Below, piece after piece: positions 55,978 through 64,000 of a stretch of 64,000 nt of DNA. Origin of the DNA: a virus. Its lineage: Duplodnaviria; Caudoviricetes. Below the pieces are notes generated by a model. The model was not told where the DNA came from, ran no database searches, and saw only the letters and a list, made by a program, of their open reading frames with translations. Positions within the stretch are counted from its first letter, which is position 1, and every line of letters begins with the position of its first letter. The stretch is from positions 1 to 64,000 of IMG/VR virus record IMGVR_UViG_3300031867_000022. One strand, 5' to 3'. Both the position numbers and the translations under genes were made by a program.

Positions 55978-56361
55978 ATGATGGACTTATTTCTGTTCGC
56001 TCTGATCGTGTTTGTTATTGGGTTGATAGCTCGCTACAACGAAAGTAACAAGCTCTTTTGGACACTGCTGACACCTTTTGTAGTGGCGTTCGCAGTAACG
56101 AAGATGGTCACAAAAGACTCATCTCCGAAACAGGATGAGACTGTCACTCTGCAGGTTAATCCCACACAGAGCGCTGTACTGACGTCAGATGCTTTTATGT
56201 ATCTTTTGGCAGGCGATTCAGTGTCAGGAACCAAGAAGGCAACTTCACCCTCTGTGGGTAAGGATACCATTCCTGCAGCAAAGGACACGATCATCCCAAG
56301 TAAGGCCACGGTTAACACCCGTGACCAACCAAACAAACAAAACTTTTTCGATACTTCATGA
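55978..56361 (+). CDS. Membrane protein (2 TM)
   Basis: Two N-terminal hydrophobic segments; abuts the sigma gene. Confidence 0.7.
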   Translation: MMDLFLFALIVFVIGLIARYNESNKLFWTLLTPFVVAFAVTKMVTKDSSPKQDETVTLQVNPTQSAVLTSDAFMYLLAGDSVSGTKKATSPSVGKDTIPAAKDTIIPSKATVNTRDQPNKQNFFDTS

Positions 56362-56428
56362 CTGGCTTAAACAACCAATCGAGAATGTAAAAAAGTAGTT
56401 ATTAACAATTTAAACCCGTTTATCAAAA

Positions 56429-57814
56429 ATGGCAAAAACAAAGCAAAACGCAGCACAGGCTGCAATGGAAAACAATGGCAACGCTCCTGAGACAAAAGAG
56501 GAGGCAAAAGTACTCACTCAGGTAATGGACGCTGCAAAGAGCAACCACCTGTCACAGGACAGTAAGGTTATGCTCGCTTACCTTACTCAGAAGCGCTGGG
56601 TAGAAAATCCAAATCTCCCCACGACACTGGTTGAAGGTGCAAATGTTATTACAGACGCCCTCATGGCCGATACTATCGTTACAAGCATCGCTAAAGGCGA
56701 TGAAGCATTTACAATGCTTATTCGTAACGACGAAAGCAAGTATATCGCTATCGCAGCGGCTCTGAATACCTTTGGTATTACCATGCCGGCATTCAAAGAG
56801 CTCCCCGCTCCTTCAGAAGACCAGCTGAAGAAGATTGGCGTTAAGCTTCTTCCTGCAGAAACCAAGGTTGTAACTGTAAACAAACAGAACATCGACAAGG
56901 CCGCCATCGAACAGAAGAAGAAAGAAGTAGCAGTGGTGAAGAAGAATCCCACGACCGATCCCACAAAGATCGAAAATGAGACTCAGCTTAAGGAAGCCCT
57001 TCAGTCTTTACTGATGAATATGAAGGAGACTCCTGACGGTCGTATTCAAAATGCTGTAGCTTTCTACCAGGCATATCTTGAGCTCCAGGCACAGAAGTCT
57101 GAAAACAAGGATGAAGAGATTAAGCGTATCAAGGATCTTTCCCGCCCTGTATTGCTGAAACAAATCTCTGAACTTCTTGGCAACTGTACCTATGCTCTCG
57201 ATGGTATGGGCAAGCTGTTCGCAAAAGCTGCCATAGAGTCTAATTCTCCAGTGGTCCCATTCAAGATGTACAAGACTGCATCAAAGAACACATCTGACGA
57301 GATTGCTGCAGAGATGGTTAAAACTCTGGTTGTGTGGACTTGTGAGTCTCGCATAAAGAACTGTCAAGACTACATAGACATGGCCGCTAAGGACAAGTCT
57401 AAGAAGGATGATGAGAAGCGTAAAGCTAACATCCGTACAGCAGAGGATTCTATAGCAGAAGCGCAGAATGCTATCAGCATCGTTACCAATCCTTCGTTCG
57501 ATAACGTTGACAATCTGATTGAGAACTACAAATCTGCAGACGTACAAAGTGATGCGTATCGTATCGCACACCGCATCGTCAGCAACATGAAGGATTTGTT
57601 CTACAAGAAGCTTGACATCGCCAAGGTTGGTATGGATGCATTCTTGCATAACTGTCAACAGCATGCAGGTATTATCACCAACCTTTTCTGCAGTACATTC
57701 AATCAGTCTATGGGTTACAGCACCGCTAACCTCATAGAACTGAAGGAAACTGAAGCTGCCGAAGGTGAAGGTGAGAAGACCGAAGAAAAGCAGGAAGGTG
57801 AGTCAAAAAACTGA
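56429..57814 (+). CDS. Hypothetical protein (461 aa)
   Basis: TTATCAAAAATG start; biased codon usage. Confidence 0.85.
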   Translation: MAKTKQNAAQAAMENNGNAPETKEEAKVLTQVMDAAKSNHLSQDSKVMLAYLTQKRWVENPNLPTTLVEGANVITDALMADTIVTSIAKGDEAFTMLIRNDESKYIAIAAALNTFGITMPAFKELPAPSEDQLKKIGVKLLPAETKVVTVNKQNIDKAAIEQKKKEVAVVKKNPTTDPTKIENETQLKEALQSLLMNMKETPDGRIQNAVAFYQAYLELQAQKSENKDEEIKRIKDLSRPVLLKQISELLGNCTYALDGMGKLFAKAAIESNSPVVPFKMYKTASKNTSDEIAAEMVKTLVVWTCESRIKNCQDYIDMAAKDKSKKDDEKRKANIRTAEDSIAEAQNAISIVTNPSFDNVDNLIENYKSADVQSDAYRIAHRIVSNMKDLFYKKLDIAKVGMDAFLHNCQQHAGIITNLFCSTFNQSMGYSTANLIELKETEAAEGEGEKTEEKQEGESKN

Positions 57815-57894
57815 TCATGTCTATAAAGAATAAAGTTGGTAGCTTTATAGACAAGGTTTTAAATACTGAACTGTAACCAACATTCATAATCAAT

Positions 57895-58350
57895 ATGAAG
57901 CAGATTAATACGTTCCTGTGTTGCTTCTTTATGGCATTAGCCGGTATCGGCTTTGCTATAGGAGTAAACAATGAGTCTACTAGCTCTAGCTACAAGACTG
58001 CGAACGCCGCCCCAGTCCTTAATTGGGCACAGGGTGTAACGTATCCACTTGATCTTCGTCTTACAGCGGAGAATAAGTACAAGAAAGACGATACTGAAGA
58101 ACCCAGAGTCTTATATGACACAGTTTACGTAGAAAAGACTGTGTATAAGTATCGTAAGCACAAAGCTAAGTCTACAAAGCCACGTGCAAATAGCAAACGA
58201 AAGGGCAAGAGCACTCCAGCTATTGTTCCTGATACTATTCCAAAGCCATTTGTAGATGTGGGTCGAGAGGAGAATCCCACAGACACTATTGGACCTTCTA
58301 AAGGATCCATTATCCTTGTTGTCGACGGCAAGGAAGTCTATAAGCGATAA
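57895..58350 (+). CDS. Membrane-anchored hypothetical protein
   Basis: N-terminal hydrophobic helix. Confidence 0.7.
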   Translation: MKQINTFLCCFFMALAGIGFAIGVNNESTSSSYKTANAAPVLNWAQGVTYPLDLRLTAENKYKKDDTEEPRVLYDTVYVEKTVYKYRKHKAKSTKPRANSKRKGKSTPAIVPDTIPKPFVDVGREENPTDTIGPSKGSIILVVDGKEVYKR

Positions 58351-58354
58351 TTAC

Positions 58355-60470
58355 TCCGGTGCGGGGGATAGACCAGGTCTGTCCCCCAGCCAGTTTGGCA
58401 GCACGTCAGCACGGTATAGATGGGTCTCATTAGCCCAGGTGGTGCGAAATATAATTTACTGGATCCGAGAATATGTTAGCCCTCTCAAAGGGTGAGAAAC
58501 TCAAAAGGTAGGATGGAAGATCGCAAGTGTGAAAAGCTTGTGGATATTAGGGTAAGCGTTGTATCAACCCTATTCTGGTCCCTGAGAACCGTCTGGTGAG
58601 GGTAGTCAAGAGAAGACGCATAAGTCGCAAAAAGCGCAAAACGAACCGTATCGAAAGATTTAGATTTCGAGTGATACATAGATCTGAAATCACGTTACAC
58701 GAGTTGAAACATTATAGTAAGCCAAAAACTATAATGATGTATCAATTTACTTTAAGCTGTAGTCTAGTGTTCCACGCAATCCAGGGCGTGTATGAAGGGA
58801 CGAACAATTACATGGAATAATATAAGCAATATCATAAGGGTAATACTTATGAGGCGTACCGTAACTACGTCGCTTTTTCGAACCCTTGCTGTTCGATTCA
58901 GCACAGCTCCGTTGAAGGGGTAAGCCAGGGATGAGGTATAGCTGATTGTGTTAGGAAATGTGACCGCCAGGCCTTAGTCGTTCATGCGGTATATAAAAGT
59001 AGAATGACATACTAGTCCGATGCAGGGATTAAATGCGAAGTAGGGCCTAGAGGCTTGAAGGCTACGCGGATGAAGTGCGCGGTGAAACACTATTTCAAAA
59101 AGGGAAAGCTCGGTAAGCGGAGTATGTAAAAGAACCTAGCGTTAAGATGTACCGGAGGAAATGCCGGAGTCGAAGGATGACAACCTGACAGTCAAAACCA
59201 ATTGTTTTAAAGTAGGTCGATTCAAAGCCTATACATTCCAGTATAGAGGAAGATCGCTTTCTTGTGCAGATAAAAGATAATATGAGATGTTACTGTTGTA
59301 CTATATCAGCGAGAGTAGTAAACTCGTGTGCGGTATGACTTAACTATGGTCACTCATATGAAAATATATTGAAACGAAACAATTAGAGAGTATTAACATG
59401 TTTAACAAAATTGATGTTCCCAGCTGGTAGAAGAAATAAAGACAACTTTGTATGTATGCGCTATCACGTCTGGAGTTCGAGTGCCAACCGTTCCTGAGAA
59501 GCAAGTAGCAAGATGGGAAACTAAGCGAAGCATAGACCGCAAATCTATGTGGGTGGATACCATGAAGCAATATACATGACAAATGAAGAAATTCAGATGC
59601 AAGGCAGCCTATCGTGAAACGAAGTATCACCTCCTTGTCTGGGAGGGGTAAAGCGACCAGGATGAACCTTATGTTTTATACATAAGTAGTAAAAATGGAA
59701 ACCGAAGAAGCGAATCTTTAGGTGGGTGATAAATCTAGATGTATGAGGTGGAATTCCTCCAGTATTCGTGCACTATAAACAATGAGGAAGTAAATCCAAG
59801 AGTAAAAACAACCGTACGTCCATGATGGGTTATGGAGCCCTAGACAGTTCGACAACAAAAGCGTTCCTCTTCACGCAAATACCAATTAGTTATAAAGAAC
59901 GAAGCCGGGTATTGATTGTTCTGACCGGAAAAAAGCATAGAACAGTGGCAGCTGTGCCTAATCAGTATCGCAAGACTGTACAACAGCAGAGTAGTTCAAT
60001 CAGCTTATAGGGAAAATACGCTGAAGAATTACGCAACTCTCATTTACGACCACAAACTGGGTTTAGTAAAACGTTCTACGAACATTAGTTGCGAAAGCAA
60101 AATTTTGCCAACGAACAAATGAAAACGCTCAGTTCATGAAAATTGAATATTAACATAGTTCCAAGTAATTTTATGTCTAATCACATAGTATCCAAGTTTG
60201 TACTTTTACTGAAGATAAAAGAATCCTCTAATGACGGGCATGGATGATTCTACCGTTGAATCCCCGACAGATGAAACAGTGTTCGTGCTGTGTAATCTGT
60301 CTAGCTAGAGAAAACTTTATTAACAGCAAAAACATTGCTCTCATGAGCACGCATAAAGATACAGAATAAGAAATTACCGAACACACGTTCATAGAGCCTT
60401 TGAGCCAGAACGCCACATTTCGAAACTCAAAGGTTACCCTCCCGCCAGAAGTGGAGGACATATTAATTCT
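58355..60470 (+). ncRNA. Putative very large structured non-coding RNA or RNA cluster
   Basis: About 2.1 kb with no credible ORF; dense hairpins, GNRA and T-loop-like motifs; strand inferred from context. Confidence 0.5.
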
Positions 60471-60515
60471 TATCGTTAGTTAATCAATAACGATATCAAA
60501 AAGGATAAGAAAACA

Positions 60516-61172
60516 ATGAAAACAATTGATGTAAACATCATGTCACCTGTTGTGACTAACAACGTCCAGCTGATCTCTAAGATTGGCTCGAATCTAGGTA
60601 CTCAGTTTTGTAAGGTAGAATCTCGCTTCGCTTGGCAAGGTGGCCAGGAAGGCTTTGAGCGTGACAAAAAGGCCATCGAGAATGGTGAGAAGAAGGGATT
60701 CATCCTCAATCGTAGTCCAAAACGGTTACTTGCTAAGAATTTCCTTATTGCAGGCACCGTGTTGATGAAGGACCCGATGAACGACGACGAAGTAGGAATT
60801 GCAATCAACCCCCACGACGATGGCTCGTGCGACTTGTTCCTCCCGATTACAGAGAATACTCTCAATACGATGGGCAAGACCACCGCAGAGGCTGTTGCAG
60901 AGGCTATCAAGGGTGAGCGTGACCACTTCTTCCTCGACGCCAAGACACTCGTAAAGATCCTGAACGACGCCATGCGCCGCGAGATTTCATATCTGGAGGA
61001 ACACATTCAGACCTGTCAGAAGATGCTCGTAACCCTCAAGGGTGACATCTCGAACAACGAGAACAAGGCAAAGATGATTGAGGATAGCTGGATCAACTCA
61101 GCGTTGAAGACCACGGTCGACATGCCTGGTGGTTCCGGTACAATAGTAACCGTCAACAAGACTGAGGACTAA
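60516..61172 (+). CDS. Hypothetical protein (218 aa)
   Basis: Intact ORF; biased codon usage. Confidence 0.8.
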   Translation: MKTIDVNIMSPVVTNNVQLISKIGSNLGTQFCKVESRFAWQGGQEGFERDKKAIENGEKKGFILNRSPKRLLAKNFLIAGTVLMKDPMNDDEVGIAINPHDDGSCDLFLPITENTLNTMGKTTAEAVAEAIKGERDHFFLDAKTLVKILNDAMRREISYLEEHIQTCQKMLVTLKGDISNNENKAKMIEDSWINSALKTTVDMPGGSGTIVTVNKTED

Positions 61173-61177
61173 TCGCT

Positions 61178-61768
61178 ATGACTCGGGCCCTTTCTGAAGG
61201 TGCATTGTGTCTAATGCAGCTCCTTATGGCTGATGAACGAATCGGCAATAAGGTAAAAACCGCAAATTGCGAGAAAGAGGGCAAATACGTCATTTACAGT
61301 ATCCGCGATAGCGGTACTGTAGTTCTCGGAGAAACGAAATACCGCTTTTGGAACCAACTTATCGGATGTCAGTATAAAATGCCATTTGAAAAGTGGGCTC
61401 TAGTGGTATGGGATGCCCTTGTAGACCTTTCTAAGGGAGCAAACGCAAAAGCTCTCGAAGAAGGTTTGAGTACAGAGATCGCCAAGAAAGCACAGCGGTC
61501 TGGAGACTATGAGTGGGTTGTTAAACGACTATATGACTGTTACGAACACGTATGCAATAACAAGAATGACGGCATGTCTTCTGCGGGAGACCGGGACAAT
61601 AATGGTTCAAATGCTAATTCTCGTACTGTATTAGTGGACGGACAGCCTGTAGTTGTCAACATAAATGCTGATGGTCTACGGAAACAGCTAAAATTTCCTG
61701 ACGCAACAGGTAGAGCATTTCTCAAGTTTGATGTGGGTATTGTCGGAGTAAATGTGGAAAAGAGTTAA
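61178..61768 (+). CDS. Hypothetical protein (196 aa)
   Basis: Intact ORF in series. Confidence 0.8.
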   Translation: MTRALSEGALCLMQLLMADERIGNKVKTANCEKEGKYVIYSIRDSGTVVLGETKYRFWNQLIGCQYKMPFEKWALVVWDALVDLSKGANAKALEEGLSTEIAKKAQRSGDYEWVVKRLYDCYEHVCNNKNDGMSSAGDRDNNGSNANSRTVLVDGQPVVVNINADGLRKQLKFPDATGRAFLKFDVGIVGVNVEKS

Positions 61769-62026
61769 TTGTGCTGCGGTACTTAGGTTTATACTATCGA
61801 GGTAGTTTAAACCAGCTTTTAGAAACAGATATAAAGATGACACTTAGTCTTATTTGAAGATGTATTTTTCATAAACTTATCCCATATAGCACCTGCGGGT
61901 GTTTGGAAGGCTAGAGCTGCGGCTCTACCTTCCAGGGGGTATTTTTAGTCTATAGAGGTGCGATTCCACTATAGATTACGTAGGTAGATGTTATTCGAGG
62001 TTAGTACTAACTTAAATCAAACGCAC

Positions 62027-62563
62027 ATGACGAAATCAATTAAGTTTAATCCGAAGAACATCATTAAGACTCGCGAGGAGATTACAACAAAGAAGCATGA
62101 TTACTGGATGAATATCCGTACTACTAATTTGCTCTCAGCGAAGCAGGCCAGTATGCGAAAGTACGACCTAAAGGCTCTGTATAATGAGATTATGCAGATG
62201 TCAGAGAAGCTCGTCTATATTAAGGGCGCACTTGCTGCAATCAATAATGGCGAGACGACATTCGATAAAGAAGCATTCAAGAAAACAAATAACTATAATA
62301 TCTTTATGGCCACCGAGTATAACGAGGCCATTGCTCAGCTGAAGATGGTTCCTACTATCGATCCTGCAACAAAGTCTAAGAAGGGCGGTGCTGCAAAGAT
62401 GGGTAAGAATGAGGTGTTTACATCTGCAAAGATTGCATCTCTGATTAAGGAGCTTAATCTTAAGGCTCTGACATTTAAGAATAATATGGAGGAGTTCAAC
62501 TCTAAGACGGAGATTGATATTTCTTCTATTTCTGATATGTTTAAGCAGGAGCTTACAGTATAG
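62027..62563 (+). CDS. Helical coiled-coil hypothetical protein
   Basis: MTKSIKFNPK...; TAG stop. Confidence 0.75.
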   Translation: MTKSIKFNPKNIIKTREEITTKKHDYWMNIRTTNLLSAKQASMRKYDLKALYNEIMQMSEKLVYIKGALAAINNGETTFDKEAFKKTNNYNIFMATEYNEAIAQLKMVPTIDPATKSKKGGAAKMGKNEVFTSAKIASLIKELNLKALTFKNNMEEFNSKTEIDISSISDMFKQELTV

Positions 62564-62571
62564 ATATTATA

Positions 62572-62616
62572 AGGTTAGTTCGCATGGGATATGGGGTTCG
62601 AATCCTCTCTAACCTA
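62572..62616 (+). ncRNA. tRNA-like minihelix (acceptor plus T arm only)
   Basis: AGGTTAG/CTAACCT-A; GGGG-TTCGAAT-CCTC. Confidence 0.55.
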
Positions 62617-62760
62617 CAAAGAAATAGCGCATAAAACTGCCGTTTAAGCCGTTTATTTCCCTTTGACGATTAACTATACCACCCCTAGCGCTAGAGTGGC
62701 TCAGATCGCCTTAAAATGGCTTTAAACGCAATAGTTTTAACCCTCTAAACTGTTATCAAA

Positions 62761-63147
62761 ATGGCTAAAGAGAAAACATTACGACAGGAAGACCTGCCAA
62801 AGCTCCGTAAGACTGTATTTTATGACGGAGAGAAAGAGAGAAAAGAAAATCGTGCTGCTAACAAGCATCGTAAATATAGAGTAAAGCGTATATGGAATGC
62901 CGAAACTCAGAAGTATGAGAAGGTAAAGGTGTATAAGCAAAGTACTACATTTACCAGAAAGGAGATGAAGGAACGCTTTAACACAAAGCACGTTGACATA
63001 GTGGTAATAAAGAAAACACCACCAGCACCAGTAGTCCATGCCAAGACTATAAACATAAAGCCTGTAACTCACCATTACATAGGAATTGAGTACAGACAGC
63101 GTCTTGACTGGGATTCTAAAACGCTTACTTACAAAGCAGCAGCATAG
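62761..63147 (+). CDS. Basic hypothetical protein
   Basis: TTATCAAAATG start; ends KAAA. Confidence 0.75.
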   Translation: MAKEKTLRQEDLPKLRKTVFYDGEKERKENRAANKHRKYRVKRIWNAETQKYEKVKVYKQSTTFTRKEMKERFNTKHVDIVVIKKTPPAPVVHAKTINIKPVTHHYIGIEYRQRLDWDSKTLTYKAAA

Positions 63148-63171
63148 TATTAACTTAAAAACATTATCAAA

Positions 63172-63972
63172 ATGAGTAAGAAGAATTTTAAGGTGGCAAC
63201 GACCGAAGACGGTAAGACCCCAAAGCAAAATACATCAAAAACAGATCATATCTTTGCAACAGCAAAGATTACAAAGAATAAAACTCCAACCGGTAAGGTT
63301 AAGAAGATAGAAGATACTAAGAAGCGTCGCGAAGCACGTGAAGAACAGTATCGTCAGTTCCGTATCAAGGCACTTATTCGTCGAGGACAACGTATGAAGC
63401 TTCCAGAGCAAGAGATAGAAGACTTGAAGAAGCTTCTGATCAAGCAGATGGATGAACCGAAGCAGTATACTATACTATGTCTATTCCCGACTAAGTCTCC
63501 GACAAAGAAAGGCGAGGCATCTATAGCCAATCTTGCTAAGCAGGCTATCCTGAATAGTAAGATAGAATACAAGCTACTCACCGATACGTACGCCTACATT
63601 ATTGGCGATGAGAAGGTTCTCGCTAAACTGCGTGAGATTCTTCCAGAAGGCGTAACTATTCACCCGCATGCAAAGAAGCAAGCTTCTGTATTCAACATAG
63701 TAGACAAGCCGAAGCAGGAAAAGAAGCCTTCTAATAACAATAAGAATGTAGCTGCCAAAGCTAAGGCTGCTCGTAAGGCTGCCAAGTTGGCATACTACAT
63801 CGATCGTCCTAACCACAAACGAGCAGGTAAAAAGGCACGCCGTGTAGAAAAGAATATAAAGCTTTCTGAGCGTCGAAATGCCCGCAAGGCTAAGATTGTC
63901 CAGGCTGTAAATAAAAAGCCGTCAGAGAGCCTTAAAAAGGCCTCTAAGAGCAATATGAAACAAGCAGCATAG
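63172..63972 (+). CDS. Highly basic hypothetical protein
   Basis: TTATCAAAATG start; Lys/Arg-rich; ends KQAA. Confidence 0.8.
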   Translation: MSKKNFKVATTEDGKTPKQNTSKTDHIFATAKITKNKTPTGKVKKIEDTKKRREAREEQYRQFRIKALIRRGQRMKLPEQEIEDLKKLLIKQMDEPKQYTILCLFPTKSPTKKGEASIANLAKQAILNSKIEYKLLTDTYAYIIGDEKVLAKLREILPEGVTIHPHAKKQASVFNIVDKPKQEKKPSNNNKNVAAKAKAARKAAKLAYYIDRPNHKRAGKKARRVEKNIKLSERRNARKAKIVQAVNKKPSESLKKASKSNMKQAA

Positions 63973-64000
63973 AAAGGAGGTAGCTATGATACGTAAAAAG

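Noticed and set aside
58355-60470. Group I/II intron or RNase P RNA
   Set aside because: No group II domain V, group I P7 core or RNase P P4 signature was found by eye, and the flanking genes are not split

Overview
The window is 64 kb of a crAss-like phage (Crassvirales, probable Bacteroidota host). Positions 1-41.9 kb (minus strand) are the late/virion module. It holds a GroES-like gene, an amber-suppressor tRNA, dUTPase, fibre/CotH/LRR genes, TerL, portal, an HNH endonuclease, a lysozyme-kinase cargo protein, scaffold, major capsid, tail rings, auxiliary capsid, holin, a spanin-like gene, muzzle and a cargo protein. Many of these genes, and part of the plus-strand 42.1-45.0 kb block (including the endolysin), read TAG as Gln (code 15), so the supplied ORF track fragments them. 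From 45.1 kb the plus-strand early region appears to use TAG as a normal stop and is rich in RNA elements: a type III hammerhead ribozyme, tRNA-Glu, a circularly permuted two-piece tmRNA, several anticodon-less tRNA mimics, hairpin-flanked segments that look antisense to translation starts, and about 2.15 kb of structured non-coding DNA. The most striking virion feature is a tail-ring gene split in two by about 5.5 kb of fibre/tailspike genes, one of them bracketed by a 17-bp direct repeat. Coordinates of recoded genes were reconstructed by hand. Product names rest on motifs and on synteny with crAss-like phages as I recall it; no database searches were run.
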